In this document: piece by piece, positions 39,574 through 49,562 of the stretch
How the letters are laid out: each line of letters begins with the position of its first letter
How positions within the stretch are numbered: the first letter of the stretch is position 1
Origin: Candidatus Poseidoniia archaeon
GTDB taxonomy: Archaea; Thermoplasmatota; Poseidoniia; MGIII; CG-Epi1
DNA: 64,000 nucleotides
Assembly: GCA_030748895.1 (NCBI GenBank)
Contig: JASMLC010000003.1
Location: forward strand, 3,621 to 67,620
Reading direction: 5' to 3'
Position numbers and translations under genes: made by a program
Notes under the pieces: generated by a model
What the model was told of the DNA's origin: nothing
What the model saw: the letters and a program-made list of their open reading frames with translations, nothing else
The model's database searches: none

Positions 39574-40341
39574 ATGCTCTACGATTCGTTGACCGTCCAG
39601 GAAGTGGTCGACTCCGAATCTTCGGCAGAATTCCTGAAGGAGGCGACCAAGCTCGCCACTTTGCGCGAGCTCGAAAACATCGCCCAGCGACTGGAGGCGA
39701 AACAGGAGCTGTTCGCAGAGCTGCTCGCCCCTAAACGGCTCGCAGCTTTGGCGAAGGCGGACTTCGTCCTGCTGCTGAGCCACGTCTTCTCAATCCGGCG
39801 CAAGGCACGCAGGCTGCTGCGGCTGGTCGGCGTCGAGCCCTTCCGCCAACAAACGCAGGAGCTGCTCTACGGCGAGGGCGACGTGGGCGACCGCTTCGAG
39901 CGCTTCCTGACCGCGTTCGAGGGGAAGCTCGATGAGCGCCGGTCCATCAACCTCGCCAGCGAACTGCTCCACTTCCACGACCCCGAGCAGTACTGCCTCT
40001 GGACCAGCTGGGTCTGGGACCCCGCCACCGGCTCGGGCGCGCTGCCGATGGTCGTGCAGGAAGGGGTCGAAATCGGCGGTGCAAGCCCCGCGGAGCGGTA
40101 CCGCAACGTCGGCGCCGCAGTGCGGCTGGTGAACGAGGTCGGGCAGGCGCGGAACCTCTCCGGGAACGCCGCCGGCATGCTGGGCACCAACCTGCTCCTC
40201 GCCTGCGTCCACGCCGTCTACATGTACACCGTCTTCCGGCTCAAGCTTTCGGACGAATTCAACCGCATCCTGCCGGAACTCCCCGAGCTTGTCGAGCGGG
40301 TGCTCGGCGTGCGCGGGCTGGAGGTGGCTGCACGTGGGTGA
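39574..40341 (+). CDS. shdrH: sHdr-associated hypothetical protein (sHdrH/Hyp)
   Basis: Position between shdrA and the second C/B module; ELLHF..PE.Y.LWTSWVWD motif. Confidence 0.7.
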   Translation: MLYDSLTVQEVVDSESSAEFLKEATKLATLRELENIAQRLEAKQELFAELLAPKRLAALAKADFVLLLSHVFSIRRKARRLLRLVGVEPFRQQTQELLYGEGDVGDRFERFLTAFEGKLDERRSINLASELLHFHDPEQYCLWTSWVWDPATGSGALPMVVQEGVEIGGASPAERYRNVGAAVRLVNEVGQARNLSGNAAGMLGTNLLLACVHAVYMYTVFRLKLSDEFNRILPELPELVERVLGVRGLEVAARG

Positions 40342-41614
40342 CCACAAGTATCAGGAATTCGTCGAGAAAGAGGAGGCTGTCATCGAAGGTATCGACGTCT
40401 CCGGCGCCTGGAACCGGATGTGGGTGCCGCGCGAACTGACCGAGTATGATTTTACTTTCCTCGACCGGGTCACCGACCTGTCGGGCGGCGAGTCTATGGG
40501 CTGGTGCTACCAGTGCGCCGAGTGCATCGGCGTCTGCCCGGTGGACAACGTCGGCTCGTATGGCCCGCGCAAGCTCTACCGCAAGCTGCAGACCGGGCTG
40601 GACCTGTTCAACCACCCCGACCTCTGGCTCTGCACCACCTGCAACAACTGCCTGCGGGTCTGCCCCAAGGAGGTGGACATGATGCAGATTATGCCGGCTG
40701 TACGCGAGCAGGCGATACTCGACGGCAACGTCCCCGGTGAATTGCAGGAGATGCTACAGAACGTCGCCGAGTACGGCAACCCGATGGGCGAGTCAGCGCG
40801 CAAGCGGATGCGCTGGTTGAAGAAGTTCGACGAGCCGGTGCGCGACCTCTCGAAGGAGCCGGGCGAGGTGGATGTGCTCTGGTACGTCAGCGACTACTTC
40901 AGCTACCACCCGCGCGGCAACGACGCCGCGAAGGCGATGGTGCGCGTCTTCAACCGGCTGGGGGTCGATTTCGGCATCCTCGGGCGCGACGAGCGCTGCG
41001 ACGGGGATTCGCAGCGGCTCTGCGGCGAGAGCGGGCTTTTCGAGGAGCTGGCGGAGCACAACCACGCGCTGTTCGAGCAGAACCCGCACGAGCGGCTGGT
41101 GGTGAGCGACCCGCACGCCTACAACGCCTTCCGGAACGAGTACCCGAAGCTGACCGGGACCGAATACAACGTCCAGCACTACACGCAGTTCCTGGCCGAA
41201 AAGGTGGAGCAGCTGACGGAAATGTTCACCGGCGAGTTTGCCCGCAAAGTCACCTTCCACGACCCCTGCTACCTCGGGCGGCACAACAACGAATACGAAG
41301 CTCCCCGCACGCTCATCGAGGCGGTCCCCGGCATCGAGTTCGTCGAGATGTTCTGCTGCAAGCAGCAGGGCTACTGCTGCGGCGGTGGCGGAGGCGGGAT
41401 GTGGCTCGACGGGATGGTCGCCGACCACACCACCGAGCGGCTGTCCGAGAACCGGGTCCGGGAGGCGGTCGAGGTCGGCGCCGAGGTGCTGGTAGTCTGC
41501 TGTCCCTACGAGGTCTCGCGCTTCGAGGACGCGGTGAAATCGACCGGGAACGATGGCAAGCTGGAGGTGCTCGATATCATCGAAATCATTGCCAGCTGCC
41601 TTGGAGACGGCTGA
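40334..41614 (+). CDS. Fused HdrC/HdrB-like subunit (sHdrC3B3-type, HdrD-like)
   Basis: CYQCAECIGVCP, CTTCNNCLRVCP, then HDPCYLGR, CCGGGGG, CCP; probable GTG start at 40334. Confidence 0.85.
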   Translation: MGDHKYQEFVEKEEAVIEGIDVSGAWNRMWVPRELTEYDFTFLDRVTDLSGGESMGWCYQCAECIGVCPVDNVGSYGPRKLYRKLQTGLDLFNHPDLWLCTTCNNCLRVCPKEVDMMQIMPAVREQAILDGNVPGELQEMLQNVAEYGNPMGESARKRMRWLKKFDEPVRDLSKEPGEVDVLWYVSDYFSYHPRGNDAAKAMVRVFNRLGVDFGILGRDERCDGDSQRLCGESGLFEELAEHNHALFEQNPHERLVVSDPHAYNAFRNEYPKLTGTEYNVQHYTQFLAEKVEQLTEMFTGEFARKVTFHDPCYLGRHNNEYEAPRTLIEAVPGIEFVEMFCCKQQGYCCGGGGGGMWLDGMVADHTTERLSENRVREAVEVGAEVLVVCCPYEVSRFEDAVKSTGNDGKLEVLDIIEIIASCLGDG

Positions 41615-41624
41615 AGGAGCAAAT

Positions 41625-42365
41625 ATGAAAATCGCAGTCCTGCTGAAAATGGTGCCCGACCTGGTCGAGGAACTCGAGGTTGACGCTTCGGGGAAGGCGC
41701 TCGACACAGATGAGCTAAAGTTCAAGCTTAACGAATTCGACGACCACGCGCTGGAAGAGGCACTGCTGCTCGGTGGCGAGGAAGACGAGGTCGTTGCCCT
41801 TGCGCTGGAGGGTGAGGAAAACGAAAAGCTGCTTTTCACCGCGCTCGCAAAGGGAGCCAACCGTGCAGTGCAACTCACCGGCGTGCAGCCGGGGGGCTCG
41901 GGCGAACAGGCGACAGCCTTCGCCGCTGCGCTAGCAGAAAGCAGCTTCGATTTGATCCTGACCGGCGTCCAGTCGGTCGATGACCGCGAAGGGCAGCTGG
42001 GGCCGCTGCTAGCGGCGCAAATGGGACTTCCGTGCGTTTCGGTCGTCACCGGCGTATCTGTCGCCGATGGCGTCGCGACGGTAAACAAGGAGTATTCCGA
42101 CGGCGTGATGGCCGAGTTCGAGGTCACGCTCCCGGCGGTGCTCGGCATCCAGGCGGCGCGGCAGCCGCCGCGCTACGCGCCGGTCAGCAAGGTGCGGCAG
42201 GTGCAGCAATCGGCGACGCTCGAGACGCTGGCGGTTAACGCTGGCGAAGCCGGAACGGGCAGCCAAATCACCGCGATGGCGCCGCCCGAGACCGGTGCGG
42301 GGGCGAAGATGCTCGACGACGCGACCGCGCTGCTGGAAGTACTGCGCGGCGAGGGGGTGGCGTAA
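41625..42365 (+). CDS. etfB: Electron transfer flavoprotein beta subunit
   Basis: KMVPD, NEFDDHALEEAL, GVQSVD...GQLG, PRY; start ATG at 41625 with SD GGAG. Confidence 0.93.
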   Translation: MKIAVLLKMVPDLVEELEVDASGKALDTDELKFKLNEFDDHALEEALLLGGEEDEVVALALEGEENEKLLFTALAKGANRAVQLTGVQPGGSGEQATAFAAALAESSFDLILTGVQSVDDREGQLGPLLAAQMGLPCVSVVTGVSVADGVATVNKEYSDGVMAEFEVTLPAVLGIQAARQPPRYAPVSKVRQVQQSATLETLAVNAGEAGTGSQITAMAPPETGAGAKMLDDATALLEVLRGEGVA

Positions 42366-43300
42366 TGGGCGGCGTGATGGTCGTCTGCGAGCATCTCTCG
42401 GGCGAGTTCGCCGATATTACTTTCGAGCTACTCGGGCTCGCCGCTGGTCTCGGGGCGGGCGAGGTGAGCGCGGTCACCTTCGGCTCCATGGCGGGCAAGG
42501 CGGGCGAACTGGGCGCCGCCGGCAGCGTCATCGACGCTGGTGGCGACGACGACTACAACCCGGAGGGCTACGCAGCAGCCGTCAGTGCGGCGGTCGAGGC
42601 GTACTCGCCCGACCTGCTGCTGGTCGGCTCGACCTCGATGGGGATGGATATTGCCGGCCCGGTCGCCGCCGCGCGCGGGCTGCCGCTGGTCGCCTACTGC
42701 ACCGCCGTCGAGGGCGCCAACGGGGGGTTCGCCTGCAGCAGTTCGCTCTACGGCGGCAAGCTGGGCGTCAGCTCGCAGGTCTCCAGCCCGGCAGTGGCGA
42801 TGCTACTGCCGGGCGCCTGCGACGGGGACACGGGTCGCGTTACCGGGTCGCCTTCGGTGAGCGAGCTCGCCGTCCCGGAGTTGGCCGGGAAGGTGCGCTT
42901 CAGCCGGCTCATCGAGCCCGAGGCGGGGGACGTTGACATCACCCAGTCGGGAGTGCTGGTGGCGGTCGGCCGCGGAATCGGGAGCAAGGACGATATCGAG
43001 CTGGCGGAAGAGCTGGCCGAGCTGCTCGACGCCGACCTCGCCTGCTCGCGGCCCATCGTCGACGCCGGCTGGATGGAAAAATCACGGCAGATTGGTAAAT
43101 CGGGCTTCAAGGTCAAGCCACGTGTCTACATCGCCCTCGGTATCTCCGGCGCGCCGGAGCACATCGAAGGGATGAAGGATTCAGCGACGATTATCGCCAT
43201 CAACAGCGACGAGGACGCGCCTATCTTCGACGTCGCCCACTACGGCCTCGCCGAGGACCTGTTCGACGTCTGCGAAGAACTGGTCGAGGAGCTGGAATGA
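42365..43300 (+). CDS. etfA: Electron transfer flavoprotein alpha subunit
   Basis: VAVGRGI, ACSRPIVD, QIGKSG, YIALGISGAPEH, AINSD.DAPIF. Confidence 0.95.
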   Translation: MGGVMVVCEHLSGEFADITFELLGLAAGLGAGEVSAVTFGSMAGKAGELGAAGSVIDAGGDDDYNPEGYAAAVSAAVEAYSPDLLLVGSTSMGMDIAGPVAAARGLPLVAYCTAVEGANGGFACSSSLYGGKLGVSSQVSSPAVAMLLPGACDGDTGRVTGSPSVSELAVPELAGKVRFSRLIEPEAGDVDITQSGVLVAVGRGIGSKDDIELAEELAELLDADLACSRPIVDAGWMEKSRQIGKSGFKVKPRVYIALGISGAPEHIEGMKDSATIIAINSDEDAPIFDVAHYGLAEDLFDVCEELVEELE

Positions 43301-43318
43301 GCCGGGAGGGCGGCCGCG

Positions 43319-45331
43319 CTGCTCCCGCTCGCTGACCGGCTGGCGTTCCTGGCGCTGCTGGGCGCCTGCCTGGCGCTGGCGTGGCCGGGCTTCGCGCGGA
43401 TTTTCGCGACGGTGAGGCAAGGGCAGCCGGCGGACCGGTCGGACAACCTGCCGGGCCGCTTCGCGCGGGCGTTGCTGGAAGTGGCGATGCAGAAGCCACT
43501 CGCGAGCGCGCGGCCGCTGGTGAACATCTTCCACGCCTTCATCTTCTTCGGCTTCAGCTTCTACCTGCTGGTTAACGTGGTAGACGTGCTGGAAGCGTTC
43601 GTCCCCGACTGGGAAACGGTCTGGCAGGGGTCGGTGGCGGACGGCTTCAATCTGCTGACCGACCTCTTCAGCGTCTTCGTGCTGGTGGGGATGCTCTTCT
43701 TCCTGCACCGCCGCTTCATCACGAAACCAAAGGTGCTGGGGTTCAACTCCAACGTGCTGCTGCACCCCGGCGTCGCCGCGGGCGGTGTGCGGCGCGACTC
43801 ACTCATCGTCGGCGGCTTCATCCTGCTGCACGTCGGCTCGCGCTGGGTGGGCAGCGCGCTGCGGCTGGCGGAAGCGGGCGGCCCCGACCCCTGGATGCCG
43901 ACCGCCAGCCTGCTGCTGCCGCTCTTCACTGGAATGGAGCCGGGGCTGCTGGAGCAGGCGATTCGCGCCACGTGGTGGCTGGCGCTGGGGCTCATCCTGC
44001 TGTTCATTCCCTACTTCCCGCGCAGCAAGCACATCCACCTGATGGTGGCGCCGGTGAACCTGGCGCTGCGGCGCGAGACTCCGCGCGGTGCGCTCGACGC
44101 TGTGCAGGACCCCGCGCAGCCGGGCAGCACGACGCTGACGGGGCTGCCGTGGCCGCAGGTGCTCGACCCGTTCGCCTGCATCATGTGCACCCGCTGCCAC
44201 GAAGTCTGCCCGGCGCACGAGAGCGGCACACCGCTCTCGCCGTCAGCACTGGAAATTAACAAGCGCTACCACATCAACGCCAATGCGGCGGAAGTGGCGG
44301 CGGGCGGTGCGCGGGAGAGCCTGCTGGATTACGCTATCTCGCCCGACGCGACCTGGTCCTGCACCGCCTGCTACGCCTGCGTGCAGGTCTGCCCGGTCGG
44401 CAACGAACCGATGCACGACATTCTGGAGTTGCGCCGCAACCTGGTTTTCGACGGCAAGATGCCCGACGAGCTGGGCGAGGTGCTGCGCAGCCTTGACGAG
44501 CAGGGCAACTCCTTCGGCGAATCGAACCGCAAGCGGAGCAAGTGGGCGAAGAAGCTCGAGCTCAAGGACGCCCGCAAGGAGCCGGTCGACTTGCTCTGGT
44601 TCGTCGGCGACTTCGCTTCGTTCAACCAGTCCTGCACCGCCACTACCCGCAAGGTGGCCGAAGTACTGGCCGCCGCCGGAGTCGACTTTGGCGTCATCCG
44701 CAAGGGCGAGCGCAGCGCCGGCAACGACGTGCGGCGGGTGGGTGAGGAGGGACTCTTCGAGTCGCTCGCGGAACAGAATATCGAGCTGCTCGCGAAGTGC
44801 GAATTCAACCGCATCATGACCACTGACCCGCACACCTACAACGCGCTCAAGAACGAGTATCCGGCGCTCGGCGGCGAATACGAGGTGGTGCACTACTCGA
44901 CCCTGCTGGTCGAACTCATCGAGGCTGGGGCCATCCGGCTGGAGCAGCCGCTGGCAGGCAACGCTACCTTCCATGACCCTTGCTATCTCGGGCGCTACAA
45001 CAACATCTACGACGCACCGCGGCAGGTCATCGAGGGATGCGGGCTAAAGCTGGTCGAGATGCCGCGCAACCGCGAGAACTCGTTCTGCTGCGGCGCTGGC
45101 GGCGGGCAAATCTGGCTCAACGACCATGACGACATGACGCAGCGCCCTTCGGAGATGCGCATCGAGGAAGCGCTTTCGGTCGGTGTCTCGCGCTTCCTGG
45201 TCGCCTGCCCCAAGGATATGACCATGTATTCCGACGCGGCCAAGACTAGCGGACACGAGGAGGAAATTGCCGTCGAGGATATCATCGACCTGGTCCACTC
45301 GGCAATGGGAATCGAGGGTGTTGCCGCATGA
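43319..45331 (+). CDS. Membrane-bound ETF:quinone oxidoreductase (EMO/FadF-like: b-type membrane domain, 2x[4Fe-4S], CCG domains)
   Basis: TM His residues (FHAFIF, LLHVGS, KHIHL), CIMCTRCHEVCP, CTACYACVQVCP, HDPCYLGR, CCGAGGG; frame open to 43301, probable CTG start at 43319. Confidence 0.85.
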   Translation: MLPLADRLAFLALLGACLALAWPGFARIFATVRQGQPADRSDNLPGRFARALLEVAMQKPLASARPLVNIFHAFIFFGFSFYLLVNVVDVLEAFVPDWETVWQGSVADGFNLLTDLFSVFVLVGMLFFLHRRFITKPKVLGFNSNVLLHPGVAAGGVRRDSLIVGGFILLHVGSRWVGSALRLAEAGGPDPWMPTASLLLPLFTGMEPGLLEQAIRATWWLALGLILLFIPYFPRSKHIHLMVAPVNLALRRETPRGALDAVQDPAQPGSTTLTGLPWPQVLDPFACIMCTRCHEVCPAHESGTPLSPSALEINKRYHINANAAEVAAGGARESLLDYAISPDATWSCTACYACVQVCPVGNEPMHDILELRRNLVFDGKMPDELGEVLRSLDEQGNSFGESNRKRSKWAKKLELKDARKEPVDLLWFVGDFASFNQSCTATTRKVAEVLAAAGVDFGVIRKGERSAGNDVRRVGEEGLFESLAEQNIELLAKCEFNRIMTTDPHTYNALKNEYPALGGEYEVVHYSTLLVELIEAGAIRLEQPLAGNATFHDPCYLGRYNNIYDAPRQVIEGCGLKLVEMPRNRENSFCCGAGGGQIWLNDHDDMTQRPSEMRIEEALSVGVSRFLVACPKDMTMYSDAAKTSGHEEEIAVEDIIDLVHSAMGIEGVAA

Positions 45332-46740
45332 CCAACTACGGCTTCGTCATCGACAACCGGTCCTGCATCGGCTGCCACGCCTGCACGGTCGCCTGCAAGT
45401 CGGAGCACGATGTCCCCATCGGGGTGAACCGTACCCACGTCAAGTACATCGAGAAAGGGACCTTCCCAAACAGCAGCCGCGAATTCAGCGTCCACCGCTG
45501 CAACCATTGCGAGGACGCGCCCTGCACCACCCTCTGCCCCACCACCGCACTCTTCACCCGCGATGACGGCATCGTCGATTTCGACGATGCCCGCTGCATC
45601 GGCTGCAAGTCCTGCATGCAGGCGTGCCCCTACGACGCGCTCTACATAGACCCCAATCAGGGCACCGCGGCGAAGTGCAACTACTGCGTCCACCGGCTCG
45701 AGAATTCCTACGAGCCAGCCTGCGTTATCGTCTGCCCCACCGAGGCCATCATCTCGGGCGACCTTGACGACCCCGGCTCGAGGATAGCGCAGCTTGTTGC
45801 CATCCATGAGACGACGGTGCGCAAGCCCGATTCGGGAGCGAAACCAAATGTCTTCTACATCGATGCGAGCGAGGAGATGCTCGACCCCACCGCCACCGCG
45901 CGCACCGGGACCGGGATGTGGAGCGAGCAGGTCGCCGGCGTCGGCCATTTCGCGAAATACGCCGAGCAGCGGCTCGAAGCTGCCGACAACAACTCGCTGC
46001 TAATCCAGCTCGCGCTGGAAAAGAAGGCGAGCGAGGCGCCGCCGCGCGACCGCGCCATCATCTGCGACGTCGCCGCCAAGCTGGCCGACGAATCCCCGCA
46101 GGCTAAACGCGCCTACGACGCGCCGTCGAAAGGCGTCCTTTGGGGCTGGGAAGTCTCCGCCTACATCTGGACCAAGGCGATTGCGTCAGGGACCTATCTG
46201 GTCGCGACGCTGCTCTGGCTCGGCGACTATCTCGAGATGGAAACACAGCTCTGGTGGCTGGTGGTGGGAACCGGGCTTGCATTCCTGGGCATCACCGGCG
46301 CGCTGCTCGTGCTCGACCTTGACCGGCCCGACCGCTTTCTTTACATCATGCTGCGGCCCAACTGGAGCTCGTGGCTCGTCAGGGGCGCCTACCTGCTGGC
46401 GAGCTTCGGTGGAATCCTGGCCGCCACCACCGCGGTGCTGTTCTTCGAACTTGACGAATCGCTCCTGCGCTGGCTCGCCTACGCCGGCATCCCGCTCTCC
46501 GCGCTCACCGCCGTCTACACGGCGTGGCTGTTCCAGCAGGCGAAGGGACGCTCGTGGTCGCGCGACGCCGCGCTGCCGGCGAAGTTCATGCTCGAGACTA
46601 TTGTCATCGGCTCCGCCACGCTGCTGATACTTACCAGCCCCGCGCCGCTCTACATCCTGGCGGCACTGGCAGTACTGGCGGCAGCCCTGCTGCACGGCCG
46701 GAAAGTGGTGCAGGAGCCGCAACTGGAGAGCCTGATATGA
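45328..46740 (+). CDS. Fused 4Fe-4S electron-transfer subunit (PsrB/DmsB-like) and NrfD/PsrC-like membrane anchor
   Basis: CIGCHACTVAC, CNHCEDAPC, CIGCKSCMQACPY, KCNYC; then WGWEVSAY...DLDRPDRF...SWLVRGA TM region. Confidence 0.9.
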   Translation: MTNYGFVIDNRSCIGCHACTVACKSEHDVPIGVNRTHVKYIEKGTFPNSSREFSVHRCNHCEDAPCTTLCPTTALFTRDDGIVDFDDARCIGCKSCMQACPYDALYIDPNQGTAAKCNYCVHRLENSYEPACVIVCPTEAIISGDLDDPGSRIAQLVAIHETTVRKPDSGAKPNVFYIDASEEMLDPTATARTGTGMWSEQVAGVGHFAKYAEQRLEAADNNSLLIQLALEKKASEAPPRDRAIICDVAAKLADESPQAKRAYDAPSKGVLWGWEVSAYIWTKAIASGTYLVATLLWLGDYLEMETQLWWLVVGTGLAFLGITGALLVLDLDRPDRFLYIMLRPNWSSWLVRGAYLLASFGGILAATTAVLFFELDESLLRWLAYAGIPLSALTAVYTAWLFQQAKGRSWSRDAALPAKFMLETIVIGSATLLILTSPAPLYILAALAVLAAALLHGRKVVQEPQLESLI

Positions 46741-49526
46741 AGTCCGAAAAGACGTTTATCGAGCGGATGGCCGAGGGAATTGGTATCATTCCCCGCATCG
46801 ACCGCGAAGAGGCGCAAGGGGCGACGCGCCCCTTGCGCCACTACCCCGGCCCGGAAGAGTGGGACGACCATATCGAACTCGACGCCAACGCCTGGCCGGA
46901 GCGTGTCGAGCATCGCTACTCGCTAGTGCCAACCACCTGCTTCAACTGCGAATCAGCCTGCGGGATGCTCGCCTGGGTTGACAAGGAGACCGGCCGGGTG
47001 CGCAAGTTCGAGGGCAACCCGGCGCATCCCGCCAGCCGCGGCCGCAACTGCGCTAAGGGGCCGGCGACCATCAACCAGATTAACGATACCGAACGCATCC
47101 TGCACCCGCTGAAGCGCAAGGGCGACCGTGGCGCGGGAGAGTGGGAGCGCATCTCGTGGGAGCAGGCGCTGGACGAAATCTCGACGAAAATTCGCGACTC
47201 GCTCAACACCGGCGCACGCGAGCGGGTGGTCTACCACGTCGGCCGCCCCGGGCACGAAGGCTACGCCGAGCGGGTGCTGAAGGCATGGGGCGTCGATGGC
47301 CATAACTCGCACACCACCATCTGCTCGGCGGGAGCCCGCTGCGGCTACGCGCTGTGGCATAAGTTCGACCGGCCGAGCCCCGACCATTCCAGCGCGAAGG
47401 TCATCCTGCTCGTCAGCTCACATCTCGAGACCGGCCACTACTTCAATCCGCACGCACAGCGCATCGTCGAAGGCATGATGAACGGCGCCAAGCTCATCGT
47501 GCTCGACCCGCGGCTCTCGAACACCGCTTCGATGGCCGACCACTGGCTGCCGGTCTATCCCGGCTCCGAGCCGGCGCTGTTCCTCGCCATCGCTCGTTAT
47601 ATACTCGTCGAGGAGCTCTACGACCGTCGTTTCCTCGAGGAATGGGTCAACTGGCCGGAGTGGATGGCAGCCGCACACCCCGATGACGACGCGACGTTCG
47701 AGCACTTCGTCACGCGGCTGATTGAGCAATACGCGGAATACACCTTCGAGTTCGCCGCCGCGGAATGCCAGGTGCCGGTCGAGCAGGTCGCCGAAGTCGC
47801 AAAGGTGGTCGCCAGCGCCGGCAGCCGACTCTCGACCCATGTCTGGCGGGCGGGCGCCATCGGCAACCTCGGCGGCTGGCAGGTGGCACGCACGCTGCAT
47901 TTCCTGAACGTGCTCACCGGCTCGGTCGGCACCGAAGGGGGGACCTCGCCCAGCGCCTGGACCAAGTTCCACCCCACCTTCTTCGACGTACCGCCGCCGC
48001 AGGAGGCGTGGAACGAACTCATCTGGCCGCCCGAATACACACTCTCCCACTACGAGATGAGCCAGATACTGCCGCACCTGATCAAGGACGGGCGCGGCAG
48101 CATGGACGTCTACTTCACGCGGGTCTTCAACCCGGTCTGGACATTCCCCGACGGCTTCTCCTGGATTGAGATGCTCTCGAATGCGGAGGCGGTCGGCTGT
48201 CACATCGCGCTCACCCCGACCTGGAACGAGACCGCCTTCTTCGCCGACTACGTGCTCCCAATGGGGCACGCCAGCGAGCGGCACGACATCAACTCCTACG
48301 AAACGCACGCCGGGATGTGGATAGCGTTCCGCCAGCCGGTACTGCGCGAGTTCGCCCGTCGGCAGGGGAAGCCGGTGCGCTTCACCCACGAGGCCAACCC
48401 GGGCGAAGTGTGGGAGGAGGACGAGTTCTGGATTGAGCTCTCCTGGCACATCGACCATGACGGCTCGCTCGGCATCCGCAAGCACTTCGAGTCGCCGTAC
48501 CGGGCGGGCGAGTGTATCACCGTCGACGAATACTACCGCTACATCTTCGAGCACGTCAAGGGCTTGCCCGAGGCGGCCGCGGAAGAGGAGTTGTCGCCGC
48601 TGGACTACATGCGCAAGCATGGCGCCTTCCTGGTCGAGCCGGCGGTCTACGACAAGCACGAGACTGAAGTTGCCGACGGAGGCGTTGAAATCGAAGGCAC
48701 TCAGCGGCTCGGCTTCCCGACGCCGAGCCGCAAGCAGGAGTTCTACTCGCAGACGATGGTAGACTTCGGCCATCCCGAGCACGCAATCCCCGACTATCGC
48801 ATCCGCTCGCACATCCACCCCGAGCGTCTCAACCACGAGGCGGGCGAGTATGTGCTGCTGCCCAATTTCCGGCTGCCGACGCACATCCACTCGCGCTCGG
48901 CCAACTCGAAATGGCTGGCCGAGATTGCGCACCGCAACCCGGTCTGGCTCCATCCGCAGGACGCCCGCGAACTGGGCGTCAGCGACGGGGACCTGCTGAA
49001 AATCGAGACCGAAATTGGGCATTTCGTCGACAAGGTGTGGGTCACCGAATCCATCAAGCCCGGCATCGTCGGCTGCTCGCACCACATCGGGAGGTGGCGG
49101 CGGCAGCAGGACGCCGGCAACCGCTACATGTCGGCCAGGGTCGACATCACGAACCCGGAGCCGGGGCGCTGGCGCATGCGCACGCTCGCTGGTATCCGCC
49201 CGTGGAAATCGAAGGACGCCGACACCCGACGCGTGTGGTGGCGTGACGGTGGCGTCCACCAGAACCTGACGCACGCGGTGCAGCCCGACCCCATTTCTGG
49301 GGCGCACTGCTGGCTCCAGAAAGTTAAGCTCACGAAACCGGGCCTCGACGACGAATACGGTGATATCGAGGTCGATACCGACCGGTCATTCGCATACTTC
49401 AAGGAGTGGAACCAGTGGGCCAAGGATACCGAAACGCATCCCGACGGCTTGCGCAGGCCGCTCTGGATGGGGCGCCCGCTGACGCCCGCCAAAGGGCAGT
49501 TCTGGCTAAATAGCCGGGAGGAATGA
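46737..49526 (+). CDS. Mo/W-bisPGD oxidoreductase catalytic subunit, PsrA/PhsA/SoeA-like, no Tat signal
   Basis: CFNCESACG...CAKG FeS motif, HTTICS putative Cys ligand, DYVLPMGHASER, C-terminal molybdopterin-binding domain; start refined to ATG at 46737. Confidence 0.9.
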   Translation: MKSEKTFIERMAEGIGIIPRIDREEAQGATRPLRHYPGPEEWDDHIELDANAWPERVEHRYSLVPTTCFNCESACGMLAWVDKETGRVRKFEGNPAHPASRGRNCAKGPATINQINDTERILHPLKRKGDRGAGEWERISWEQALDEISTKIRDSLNTGARERVVYHVGRPGHEGYAERVLKAWGVDGHNSHTTICSAGARCGYALWHKFDRPSPDHSSAKVILLVSSHLETGHYFNPHAQRIVEGMMNGAKLIVLDPRLSNTASMADHWLPVYPGSEPALFLAIARYILVEELYDRRFLEEWVNWPEWMAAAHPDDDATFEHFVTRLIEQYAEYTFEFAAAECQVPVEQVAEVAKVVASAGSRLSTHVWRAGAIGNLGGWQVARTLHFLNVLTGSVGTEGGTSPSAWTKFHPTFFDVPPPQEAWNELIWPPEYTLSHYEMSQILPHLIKDGRGSMDVYFTRVFNPVWTFPDGFSWIEMLSNAEAVGCHIALTPTWNETAFFADYVLPMGHASERHDINSYETHAGMWIAFRQPVLREFARRQGKPVRFTHEANPGEVWEEDEFWIELSWHIDHDGSLGIRKHFESPYRAGECITVDEYYRYIFEHVKGLPEAAAEEELSPLDYMRKHGAFLVEPAVYDKHETEVADGGVEIEGTQRLGFPTPSRKQEFYSQTMVDFGHPEHAIPDYRIRSHIHPERLNHEAGEYVLLPNFRLPTHIHSRSANSKWLAEIAHRNPVWLHPQDARELGVSDGDLLKIETEIGHFVDKVWVTESIKPGIVGCSHHIGRWRRQQDAGNRYMSARVDITNPEPGRWRMRTLAGIRPWKSKDADTRRVWWRDGGVHQNLTHAVQPDPISGAHCWLQKVKLTKPGLDDEYGDIEVDTDRSFAYFKEWNQWAKDTETHPDGLRRPLWMGRPLTPAKGQFWLNSREE

Positions 49527-49562
49527 TGTGGTGGAGAATGGAAAACGGTCGATGGAGCTGCG

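Noticed and set aside
36569-41614. Methanogenic HdrABC or evidence of methanogenesis
   Set aside because: Short HdrA, C1-B1-A-H order, LbpA/TusA/DsrE context and no mvh/mcr genes fit sHdr instead.
43297-43335. ATG overlapping the etfA stop followed by an in-frame TGA: selenocysteine or readthrough?
   Set aside because: It is a different frame from the EMO gene and has no SECIS-like element. The EMO frame is better explained by a CTG start.
36716-49307. Long antisense ORFs (e.g. 36716..38635, 47418..49307; likewise 16815..18062, 19076..20497)
   Set aside because: Shadow ORFs expected from high GC3. They have no motifs and fully overlap well-supported genes.
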